This document shows, one piece after another, positions 52,089 through 64,000 of a DNA stretch of 64,000 bases. The DNA is taken from the NCBI GenBank assembly GCA_045837725.1, contig JBEWZL010000066.1, forward strand, positions 1 to 64,000, in the 5' to 3' direction. The translations under genes and the position numbers were made by a program. How positions within the stretch are numbered: position 1 is the first letter of the stretch; each line of letters opens with the position of its first letter. This DNA is from Vermamoeba vermiformis (taxonomy: Eukaryota). Below the pieces are notes generated by a model, which saw only the letters and a program-made list of their open reading frames with translations, did not search any database and had not been told where the DNA came from.

Positions 52089-54678
52089 ATGGAACAAGAC
52101 CACAACGCAACGAGGAAATTCGACGAGGGAGCTTCAGATTTACCTCCTTTAACCAAATGGGAAGGATTCTATTGGGACGATGCTTCTTCTCTATTTCCAT
52201 TAATTACGGGCCATCAAGGCATAGTAATTAATACCAATTTGATTATTAACGGTGGATTTTCTGGAATATATAGCAACGTCACATATAAATTAAATTTGGG
52301 TAAGAAACAATTTGGAAAAAAATCGTAAAATTCAATAGATCTGGTTATTTAACCTTTGTTTTAACGCCGAAATTATTAAAAAAATTCATACAATATTAAT
52401 GCAATTTGTTCAGATATTTTGGAGTGGAGCCCGCAGTATTCGAGTAACGTTGTCATTCCACCTGAATTCGTTGGTCGTCAATGGCACTCACTAGTACGAT
52501 ACAAAAACAAATTGTATACATTTGGTGGTGCTGTTGATGTTGATCCGCATCAGTTTGCTGACATTTTTGAGTACGATCCCGGTAAGACTGGCAAAGACAG
52601 ATCTCGGTCTTTAAATCACAATTTAATGAAATATTCTCAGTATAAAGTCTCTGATAATATTGATTTTATTAGCTTTTTGTAAGTGGCAGAAGATCGAGGT
52701 GGTCAACCAAGACTCTGAGTCCAATGTTCCTCTTCCTCGTTATGTACATTCAGCGGTAGTATACGAAAACGGAATGTATATTTACGGCGGAAAAATGGAC
52801 ATAAATGACACTGCGATTACTTTAGCTGATTTATGGCGGTTCGATCTGGGTAAGTGGATCTCATCTCTGCTCAATTATACGCCAATAAGATGAAGATTCT
52901 AAAAAATCACTATTAAGAATTACCTTAAGCGTAAATATCGACTGATCGATTATTATAGATACCCACATATGGACCAAGTTGGAGCCAACAGGAGAAGCTC
53001 CAACAGCGCGTCGTGCGCACTTGGGAATAGTATACGAGAGAAAAATGCTTATATTCGGAGGATGGAATGGAAAAGATCATTTCAACGACGCTTATTATTA
53101 TCACTTCAGTAAGTTGCTGGATCTGCTTCCTCGAACTACGTTTTTGAATAATGTGTTAATATTCGATTTAAGAGAAGAATCAATGGACCAAAATCGATCA
53201 ACGGGGAGATATTCCGCCGCCTAGGCAACTTCATACAGCCATTATACGCGGCGGAAAAATGATCGTGTTTGGTGGCAAAGAAACGAGGCCAGAAGATCCG
53301 GAGAATTCACGATATACCGGTGATTTATACGAGTTTGATTTCAGTACGTAGCGTTTTTGTAACCTCATTATTATTGAGTATTAATGTTGTACTTAGGCAC
53401 GAGCACATGGAAAAAATTTGACGTGGACGGATCTCCTCTTGCTCGAGGAGGTCATGTGATGTTCGAATATAACAATTACTTACACGTGGTTGGAGGCTAC
53501 GATGGCAACAGAAAGAACGATTTATGGCGCTTAAGTATGGCACCGTAATCTATTATGAGATAGTTGATATTAATTTTATTTGAACCGCAATCTAGAGCTC
53601 CCTGCTGCAGATAATTTTGAAGAAAAAATTCGAAGTATTTCAGCGAGATTACAGAGTGATTTAAAGAAGGTCTATCAATTGAAAGAATACAGCGACTTCG
53701 TGGTGCAAGTTGAAGGACAAGATTATCATTTGACATTTGGCTTTATTGAGCGTCAGGTGTCCGAAGCTACTAACGATTATTCGGGACGGCAAAATTCTAA
53801 TGGACATTTCCAAGAATCTGATGAACATTTTAATTGATTACATCTACGAAGAACGGATTAGATCTCGACCAATTTACTTCGTAGACGCATTCGAAGTGCA
53901 CGTGCTGGGGCTTGAATTAGACTTACCATATATGGCAAGAGTTATTGAAGACCTGGCACTAGACGTTATTGACAAAGATAATGCACTAGATGCTTATTCA
54001 TATTTTAAAACACCACGGATCCGAAACAGGTACTGACCGATCTCTTTGCTTAATGGTTTTGCAGTAGTCTCTTCGATTATGTACTGAGGTTCCTAATTTG
54101 GTAAAACAATAGGTGCAGAGAAATTAGCGGTGATTTGACGCTGATGGATGTTGTCACCGAGCCTACAACGATGCCTAAGCCAAATTTAGCGGAAAATTTA
54201 CTGGAATTATTACGAACCGGAGCATATTCGGACATTACTATTGTGGTCAACGAGCAAGAATTCAAATTGCACAAGTTCATTCTCTATCGACGGTAATATT
54301 CACTATTTAGTTAATTAAGCGCTTATTAACAGTATCATATACAGGTGTCCTTTTTTCAAAGGATTTTCAGAGTTCAATCAACGTACATCCGGATGCGCTA
54401 TCGTGCACAAACCTCAAATGCCTTTAACCGCTTTCAAATCACTCCTTCAATACATATATGGCGCTACTGTTTCTTGCGAAAGCGCAGAAGATTGTTTTTG
54501 GTTGCTACAAGAGGCTTCTTATTACATGATCGATGACAAGTTCTTTTACGAGAAAGTTGCGGATCTGATCAGCGAAAACATCAGCGTAGATACTGCCAAT
54601 AGCTTGTTAGACATTGCGAACAAATTTCAATTTAATGGTATTGAAGACATTAAGCGGGCGATTCGTGCTGTAATGTAA
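52089..54678 (+). CDS. Kelch-repeat + two BTB domain protein (LZTR1-like)
   Basis: Six kelch-like repeats (R..HSAV..MYIYGG); two BTB starts (YSDFVVQV; YSDITIVV..FKLHKFILYRRC). Confidence 0.88.
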
Positions 54679-55430
54679 TGCAATAAATTGGCAGGTAAAA
54701 CCGATTCGGTTCAATTAGAAGTAACAAACATGTTGATGAAACGCGAGGCATCTAATTAATTTTCGCATCTTTCAGTGTCTGGATTAAATATTAGGCGAAC
54801 GTAGTATTACCTTGCGCGGCCCAATAAAAGAGGATGCGATCATGACCGAAATGTTAACTTAAAAAGGTAATAATAATTTTCAAAAAATCGTACGGCACAC
54901 CAAGATTTTATAGCCGAATATCTCAATTTTAAAAAGCAATCTGCAGACCAGATCCGAATTTCTCTAATTAATTTTGAAATTGATCTAGCTGCTGTACCAT
55001 TAAGTTTTGGTCTACAAATTCTTCCAACGTGCGACCATATTTTTAGCTTTGGCGAGATTGATTAAGGATTAATAACCATAAAAAACACGTGATTTTCCTT
55101 TATCAGATAACGGAATAATCCACCAGCAAATTTAATTGACCAGAAAAATTAGCATCATTTACTATTTATTTATGACATATAGCGACCACACGTACTAATA
55201 TTCATTTTAGTACAAAGTGTTGGTGCCAGATTCGAACAACGCTTGCTGTGAAGAGATCTTGCCACGAGAAGCAAGCAGAATAAATCAACGAGAAAATTAG
55301 GATCGATAGGCGATATTAAGAGAATTATCGAACAAATTTGGCGGAGAAAAGTCAACTTAAGACAAAATTGAACCACATCCACTACGGCCTGAAAAACTCG
55401 ATCTGTCACGTTTAGCTTAGCTCAGAAGAT

Positions 55431-58400
55431 ATGATATCTATCAATACTTGCTTTATCCTCGTAGCATTGTTGGCGGTGGCCTCGGCGCAGTTCTGCCTGT
55501 ACTCTGATGGAACAACCACATCTGGTGAACTCGAGAACGGATTCTGCAACTGTTACAGCGGTTACTACTCATCGGAAGGTGACTTATCAAACTGCATGAC
55601 CAAAGCACCAAGCTCTTGCGTATTCAATGCTGCACCAACGCAGTTATCGACAAATTACGTGCCGATCTTGGATGAAGCTGCCAGCAAAGTCGTCGAAAAC
55701 AATCTTATACTAGTGGTTAGATCACCCTTAGTCTACTCAAGATTAAGAACTACTTTGGCGCTGCAAGGCGGCAATCCTTACTTTTCCTATCCGAGCACGT
55801 ACTGGCAAAAGTACGTCGAAGATTGTAACGATACCTTCGTATTCAAAATGCCTTTAAAATCCGCCCTGAGTAAGTAATCTACGTTTATACATATTATAAC
55901 TGCCGGATAACGTCGGCGATATGTTTGGAGTACGAATCCGAGCAGTACCAATTTTTAGACTCCGTTTCACGAATTTTAAATTTGACAATTGGATTTATTT
56001 ATAGGTGCTGGATTTGATCGCTCCGAAGACGACACGTATTATTACCTCTCTGGCGTGCTGATGGTCGTGTACTACGATCAGATCGGCGAACTTAGAGGAC
56101 AACCTGTAACCAGAACTACTCAAAGCATTCTTCGCATCGAGATTAGATTCCCCAAGAAAATAACAGTACGTTCATATATTATGATGAGATTTACTGTCCA
56201 TTTAAAATTCAAGATTCAAGGATCCTTCAGTACATTAAATTATTCCGTACTTGGAAAATACGAAATGAAATATTACGCGTTATACTATATTAATATCGGT
56301 CTAATCGATAAATAAGTCCGATTATGTGATCGAATTAAATAAGACGGCATTTCGTCAATCGCATCTGTATTGACCTTGATTGTTTTAGGTAACGAGCAAA
56401 GTCTATGCTATTAGTGACCTTAGTCTTGAAGCTGTTATTACCTATCAAGGTTATGACCCTGAGACTAACAGAGGTACGAACAACTTACCGTTCAAGCTGC
56501 ATCCGCGTACTGAATAATTCCGTTTAGGTGTTATTGAATTCGTTACATCAGTTCCATTCCCGTTGAAAGTAGCAGCAATTGAAGAAATTGTATCGCCTGA
56601 TCCACTCACTAGTGTGGCAACGGACATTTCGAAGGTTTCATGCGGATCGGGAACTGACTCCAATTGTCTTCAAAAGTTCCGCATGTACATCAATCCAAAT
56701 GGTGCTTGCAGACTCAATGGCGAGTATACTCTTACTGTCTCCTTCGACTGCCGAAACCTTCAATGCCCTAAGCTTGGATTCGGATCCATTGTCGCAACAC
56801 TCCAGTCCGAAGACTTTTGTAACGTGATTCGATTGGATATTGACCTCACAGGCTCTATGAACACGTTTTCCGACTCTTCAATGACCAATTTGAGCTCGTC
56901 GTTCGTTCCCAGCCAATCTCCGTACTTCGTTGCAACCGTGGATTCGACACGTGCCCTGATCCAGTCGTCATCTATCATCGAAGTGTTCTACAAATTACCC
57001 GATGGTAGCTCCAACACTTTATATACTGGTACGGTATTGTCATATCTTAGAGCATTTTAAGACCGGTGCTAATGTCTGGATCTAGACTCCACAACTACTC
57101 CACTGGGCGAAGCTAATTATGTCAATGTGACGACTTTGGACCCTAAAACCAACTCATTTAGCGTCAAATTGACCGTTGGTAACGGTGGCTTTGACTTGCT
57201 TTCTCTTCAGAACTTGGATCCGAGGTACGTGTTCACCTGCTACTTTTAGTCACAAAAACTAATATGATTATCATTATAGTTGGACTACCCCTATTATACC
57301 ATGCAACTACCCCTACAGAAGAGCCTATTGGTGCACCAGTCAGCGCAAACTACGATCGATCCGATCTTAGAATGTGTCGAGCAAGTGGATGACCAGACCT
57401 TCATCGCTTATTTTGGCTACAACAATCCTGGATTGACTGTGCGCATTCCTGTTGGCCCTGAGAATACGTTCAACAGCACAGGCGTATTTAACGACAATAT
57501 GGGTCAAGCCATTCGTTTCGTTCCCCATCGAACTCGTACGATTAATTCTTCGAAAAACCGTTGCAGGACCACTACTTGCAATCACTTTTGAAAACGTATA
57601 AAATCAACAACAAGACTAACGTAGATATATTAGAATACTACCCGATGGCCTTGTTTTCGGTCACGTGGAATGGCACCGATGATCTCGTTTGGACGTTGAA
57701 TGGAGTGAACAGAACTGCCTCCTCTAAGAACCTGTCAGTTCGATGCCCGTCAACGCTCGAATTTGAGTTCTCGTTGAACTGGACGAACCCTTTGACGCAA
57801 CAACAGTACAATAATTTCCACACTGCTCTTGCTACTAGCATGTCACTTCAGCCTCAACAGCTGATCTTGGCTGGCGCGACTGTCCTCAACACGATCACCA
57901 CTTATACGTTCAGAATCGTTGAAAATTTGAACGTTTCGGATGTGACTCCGAAAGAGGCGTTATTGACGTTATTGCCCATGAGATCAAACGCGACACAAAT
58001 GCAATTGATCGTGGATCCGTTCTCTCAAAACCTTGGAATTCAATTTGCTGGTAAGTTTAGATTAAACAAGCCTACTTATATCGAGCCTTATTTAACTTTG
58101 TTATTAGGCATTGCTTTGATGCCTACAGGAGTTGAAGTTCAAAGTAACAGCGACTCCAATTCTGCGATCCCGGTGAAGACGATCAACAGTTGGATCTCTC
58201 TTTGCAAATAACAAAAGGTTTGCTATTGAGCATCATTTCCTAATTAGGCAAGTTAACTAATGTTAATTTTTCCGTCAGACGCGTGGAACGAGATTCTACT
58301 TCGGGACAAGTTCAGTTCTATGCTGTCGTTGAAGTCACGTGGCAATCGATCACCGTGCAAAAGAAAAGATTTGCAATGAATGTTATGCAAAACGCTATTA

Positions 58401-58637
58401 CTGGCCGTCAATCGAAGAAATTTTCATCGGGTATTAATATTGACGCCACATCTGTTGTACAGCAGCCTTTGGGCTTTGGCCGTAAGTTTTCAAACTTCGA
58501 AATTTTATCAATTTTATTTATAACTAAAATTTGTTATTGTAGAGCGAACAGGTGACACTCGATCTCAAAACCAGATTGATGTGCATTCATTAATGTTCTT
58601 GGCCTCGCTTATCGCTTGCTTGTTATTAGTCTTGTAG
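55431..58637 (+). CDS. Large secreted / GPI-anchored Cys-containing surface protein
   Basis: Signal peptide; EGF-like CNCYSGY; beta-rich domains; KKR site then hydrophobic tail ..MFLASLIACLLLVL*. Exon structure uncertain. Confidence 0.7.
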
Positions 58638-58713
58638 GATCCAATTTTTTTCTTGTACAATAGTAAACTGTTTTATTACACATTTCGCTTATTTTCTTAT
58701 TTTGTTGTTATAT

Positions 58714-60303
58714 TTACACGGTTTCTTCGGCTTTTAGACTTGTTCCGTTAAAGGTAGATCCAGCTTGTTGTTCGGTCGCATCCAACGATTTTGAGTTGGA
58801 CGAGGTATTCTTCTTAGGAACATCGAATAAGAATATTCTCGCGAATGAATCGAAGAGGAGCATAGCGCCTACAAGAGCACTGGTCACTAGAAAACTGACC
58901 GGTTCTTCTTGGCATAATGCGAAAGCGATTGCAGTAATAATGCCACAAAACCGCGAGACGGCATTCAAAATCATTTTTGAATTTACCTAGAATAATAATA
59001 CGCATTAATATACTCCTTAAAGCAATATGGCGATGAAAACTGGTCTTAGTTAGTTCAACTTACTCTGTTGAGTCTTTTGACTCGTCGTATTTTGTTCGAT
59101 GCTTTCATTCTCATATTGATTTGTATAGCAGTAATGACGTAGAACACCAAAAATCCAAAAGAAATTACAAGAAAAGTGATCGTGAATGGAACTGTCGCGC
59201 CAAAGTCCAAGTAAAAGCTCGTGAGCATAATAACAACGTTGGCTACTAAGAATGTGATGGTAATCACGAAGAAGGGTATCTTTAGACGTGATAAGAACGG
59301 ATGTATAGTGATTGAAGCATCCGTTACAATTTCATGCCTAAAAAGGAAATATTTAGTTAGTTGCGAGATTTTCAATCCAACGCGTTGCGATTTGAAGATA
59401 TTACAACGAAAGGATTTATAATATTATTATAGCATTTCTTACCAATAAAAAGTCACCAATATAAATGTCGCCGTTCCAAATGGAATTGCTGCCGAATTTA
59501 CGTACAAGCTAAGCGCAGTCGGCAACATTTGAAAACAGCCTAGCGGGTCAACTACGCTAGACAGAATTCGCCCTAAAGTATACATAAAGTTAAATTAGCA
59601 ATTTCAAAGCTTTGACGGTTGATTCAGATCCGACTTACAAATGTTGGCAATAATTTCTAAAGCCAAACAGACTTGTGGGACATTAAAGTGCGCTCCTTGT
59701 ACTTTAATGAACATAATCAACTTATATAAGCTGTAGCCTATCAATCCTACGCCAACTGCGCCGAAAATAGCTCGCGAAACCACGTGCGTCGCAACGCTAA
59801 CTATCACCTGGCTCCATGGATTGCCTATTGGTAAAATCATAGGTGATTAGTACTATGACGCATTTACATTAATTAATTAAAGCCGGAAAGGTTTCGTAGA
59901 TCCGTAACTAAATTTTCCGGTTTTACGTTTCGAAATTAAACTTGAGCGCAAACTTGTAAGTATTCTTTTTATAATTTACCTTCAGAAGTGATTATTACTT
60001 CGATAATCTCGCCGCTATTCATCAGATCTACCACCTGAGTAAAATCATTTCGATAAACCGAAATAACTTCAACTTGAATCTCTTCGGCGTCTTGACCCGT
60101 ATAAGTGCAAAATTCTCGACCAGGTATTTCTAGGAAGAAGAAAGATCTTGTTAGAAAAGCTAATTTTAACGACGCAAGTTAGATCTGGCAATCTCGTGTC
60201 ACGAGGTGTCAAAAAATTCGCATTGCGGAATAACGACAAATTATTTTATAGATTTTATAGTTAAATCTTTTTTTGGGGTTTTTTTTTTTTTTTTTTCTTT
60301 TTT

Positions 60304-60394
<91 letters not shown>

Positions 60395-60829
60395 AATCCT
60401 TAATAATTAAATATCCGTATAATTCTAATCTATATGCTTACTATCTCCTTTTAGATTGATTACTGCTATGGCGCCTAGATCTTTCAATTCAATAATTCGG
60501 TACCAGAATCTGTTCTTCCCGACGTCATTTATGATCACTATGTTGCCGCTTATATAGTCTGAAGTGTCGTTGACTAATACTCCTCGAATTGGATCAAAAA
60601 ATGAACCGAAATCGTCCCCTAAAATATTTGAAATTATTACCATTTACGAATTGAGCACGAGATCCAGTGCCACATTATATTCAATGCCGTTACCTTTTCT
60701 ATATACTTGTGCTGATGCTATTGATGTTCCATTTAAGGTTCCTGACGTGATCTGGACTAAGCACTCGGATGCCGAAAAGCAAATCAATGCAATTATGATG
60801 AAATATCGCTTAATATGTTGTGAAATCAT
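58714..60829 (-). CDS. Signal peptide + PA-like domain + 7TM receptor-like protein (similar architecture to 44010-47445)
   Basis: Signal peptide; GNIVII..LKDLGAIAVI; about 7 TM segments (NVPQVCLALE, FYWHE). Confidence 0.7.
60268..60396. repeat. Poly-T / poly-A low-complexity tract in an intron
   Basis: Alternating long T and A homopolymers; possibly a sequencing artefact. Confidence 0.85.
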
Positions 60830-61477
60830 AGCAGCACCCGTTATATATACAAATTGATGCCTATTGTGCTGCTTGAGCGAATTGGATGCTTGATTTGTTA
60901 TCCCGAAGCAACTTTTTGCTAACTTAAGTAATTCGCCAAAGTTTCACAAATTATCGATGGTTTTTATCCATAAATCAGACGTTTATTCATTAATATTAAA
61001 CTTATACGAGTTACGGCGCTACTACGATAATGGTTGTCAGATTTAAAATTATTGATTAACTATTTATTTTTCAAGTCGTGTGGCCAATTATTGCTGGAAA
61101 ATCGTATTAAATTATGGATTATAATTTCTCGCGGTAATTGTTATTTTTAAAATATTAACGGATTGGATTTGTTGCAAGGATACCGGCTTCTTGTTTAATT
61201 TAATTACCTTCTTGATTAATTTGTCATAACTGCAGTCTGTATAATAGCAAGCTCGTTGACTGTGCATTGTTCATAATACAAAAAGAACTTAAATAAGAAA
61301 GTTCTGCGCAAACGCACCAATTTCCTTCCACCAATCGCTTCAAATGTCTTTAATTATCCGATCGAACACATATAATAGCTTGTGAGCGATTATTGATCTA
61401 CGTTGTGAATTATAGAACAACGAAAGGCTTCAAATTGGCCAGATCTTTCTAGCTTAGTTCTAAGTCCCTATAAACGA

Positions 61478-64000
61478 ATGAAAGCCTATTATATTTTATA
61501 CATTACTGTAATATATATCTTAGTGGCATTAGCAAACGGTAAGATGGCATACAAAACGAGAAGATGCATTTCGAACACATTTCCTCGCTTTCATAATTAA
61601 ATTGCTTGGCTTAATTAATATATACGTATTCTATAATCCATATTGACTAGGATAATAGACTTATTTTATTTTTAGTTAATTTTACAACTAATTTTATTTT
61701 TGTTTCAGCCGATCCCGTCTCGCTCTCGCCGGCTACATGGCCTACTGGCACTCTTGAAATGTATTATAAGCTAAATGATGCCAATGGTGCTGCGAAGGGT
61801 GACGCTGGACCTATTCGCTATGGAGCGGCTGCGGGCACATCCAGTGCGATTGCCACGTATGGTACGAATCGATCTGTAACTTTCATTCAAAATGGCCCAA
61901 ATTAACCTCAATACATCATAACTATTATTATGATAACCTGTACTAATAAATTATGAAATCAGTGGCTCAGGATTGCTTAACGAAATTAGGATCTGCTGTG
62001 GATTGCGCAATAGCAGCAGCGATGACTCAGATTACTATTGCTGGAGGCAGCTACGTATCATTTGCAGGTAATATAGATTAATATTACGCAAGGCGATGAA
62101 AGATTTTAAGTACAAAATTTTTGGGCGGATGTGCTACAAATTTCAAGTTTTAATGTAACCAAATGGCTAAGGGTTTATTTAATAGGAATATCATCATTTG
62201 TATATTACGATGCATCTACGCAACAAACTGTAACGCTGAATGGATATTGGAACGCACCAAAAGGCGAAACAAATCCAGTAACTATGCCTCCACCTGGTAG
62301 CCTCAAAGACATTGGAAGAACTGTGCTAGTGACTGGATTCTTCCGTGCAATGGAAGCTGCACATAAGAAATACGGGTAAGCCCACGTTCAGTACCTCATT
62401 CGCGAACGGATGTTGGTAGTCGATCAGGATCTCGTTTTCTTCCTCTTAAAAATTTTATCTGATAACGTATTTATATTATTCATATAATAATATAATGTTA
62501 GATGATGCTTTTGCTACCGAAATTAACGAAGGAACATTATGTAACGGACTTTCAGATCCGGATCCAATTTTATTGTTTTTCTTTAGAGTATTGCCGTGGG
62601 CTACCTTATTTGAACCTGCTATATACTTCTCTACACAAGGCTTTCCATTCACACATATGCTCGCGAGACAGCTAAAAGCATTCCAATCAGTTGCTCTTCG
62701 TACACCAGAAGGTCGTGCTGTCTTTACCAATCCTCAAACTGGACAGATTTATCAACACGGAGAGTTATTTGTGCAGCCTGAACTCGCTGAAGTTCTAACA
62801 AATGTTGCCGTAAGTAGTAATTGAACTTTTGTACCGGATGAGAAAAACTCAAAATACTTCTAAATTCGCCGAAATGAAATTTCCTAATATTATGATATTA
62901 TAGGCGCAAGGAGCGGACTATATTTATCAAGGAGATTTCGCTCAACAACTCGTTAAGGTAAGTCGTTTGGATCCGGTGTACAGAATATATTTTTGTGGTG
63001 CTAGGCCTTACAAATTTAATCCAGGCAGTTCAAGCAGCTAATGGCACCCTTAGTCTCGACGATATGAAGGCATATCAACCGACGAGGTCCAAGCCCTTGA
63101 CTACGACTTACATGAACGAGTATCAAGTTAGCACGCTGCCTTATCCTTCGTACGGCGGTACGTATACCAAATTATTAATATTTACAGAACATTTGGCAAC
63201 AAATTAGGAAAGCTATATTTCGGCATTAAATTTCTACTTATTTATTACACCTAATTTAATTTTTTTAAGTATTTTTTTTTTGTTTCTGGATCTGACGGTT
63301 CTATTAGGCCTTGGAGTGGTAGAGTCATTAAATTTGCTCGAACAAGTGGACTTCACTTCTATTGGTCGATACAACGAGAGCGCACAAGCGTTGTTTCAAT
63401 TGATTCAAGTAGCACGATGGTCACCGTTGACGTACTTGATTGGTGCTGTCAATCCTGTGGGACTGCAGAATGCTTTTCCTGGAATCGATTTGTCTTGGCA
63501 AGGTAAAGTCACGTGCTCCAAAGTGCGGCGGATCTAAATTGAAACTTGAATTTGACACGTGGCATTTTAACGTTCCTCCAAGTTTTTCAGTGAAAATTTT
63601 CATTGCTAAATATGTTCTTCATTTTTGACACGTGAAAAATATCAAATGACACGTGTCAAATTTTGGATTGTCGGGATCCCTCATTTTGGATCTAATTTTT
63701 TGATCTGCAGGAAGAACGACTAAGCAAACAGCAAAAAGTATATGGAATATAATGAACGGTCCTAACGGCAAAAAGGAGATCGATTCGAGATTGCAATCTG
63801 CGTTCCCTGGCCGACATGGAGTGAAATCCCTGATGCAAGATCCAAAACACTCCGATGGATTCATTTGCATTGATAATACGGGCAATGCTATTACTATGGT
63901 CCACAGTATTAATTCGATGCCGTGGGGTACTGGCATATTCGTCAAAGGCATTGCTCTTTCAAATGCCGGATCCATCAACATTTTGCAATTGATGCAAGCA
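61478..64000 (+). CDS. Secreted gamma-glutamyltransferase-family (Ntn hydrolase) protein, truncated by the window end
   Basis: Signal peptide; GSAVDCAIAA; LPWATLFEPAI; QPELAEVL; GTLSLDDMKAY; small-subunit start HSDGFICIDNTGNAITMVHSIN..WGTG. Confidence 0.85.
63549..63662. repeat. Intronic 19-bp inverted repeat with TGACACGTG motifs (MITE-like)
   Basis: AATTTGACACGTGGCATTT (63549-63567) vs AAATGACACGTGTCAAATT (63644-63662), one mismatch; a third copy lies at 63621-63640. Confidence 0.7.

Noticed and set aside
55225-55245. tRNA T-loop (GTTCGAATC on the minus strand)
   Set aside because: No T-stem pairing or remaining tRNA structure.
60268-60396. Retrotransposon poly(A) tail
   Set aside because: No element body or target-site duplication; mixed T/A runs are typical of sequencing slippage.

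Overview
Gene-dense, intron-rich (short GT-AG introns, standard code) nuclear DNA of a microbial eukaryote. Gene content (RasGEF, CR-type effector, F-box/LRR expansion, LEA, 7TM receptors) suggests an amoebozoan-like protist, which is inference only. About 26 spliced protein genes were reconstructed by eye, so exon boundaries are approximate. No rRNA, tRNA or CRISPR array is supported. The window opens with a 47-bp tandem array of 20-bp palindromes followed by an LTR-like segment. Most notable: a perfect 35-bp inverted repeat bracketing the TATA box and first exon of a RasGEF-peroxiredoxin-like fusion gene; an F-box + degenerate Rab-like GTPase + CaaX fusion; a CpG-depleted SAM-NTPase-HhH (Crinkler/RHS-type) effector; very tightly packed co-oriented genes; a GC-rich structured intron island; and a GGT-like enzyme with Ser at the nucleophile position.
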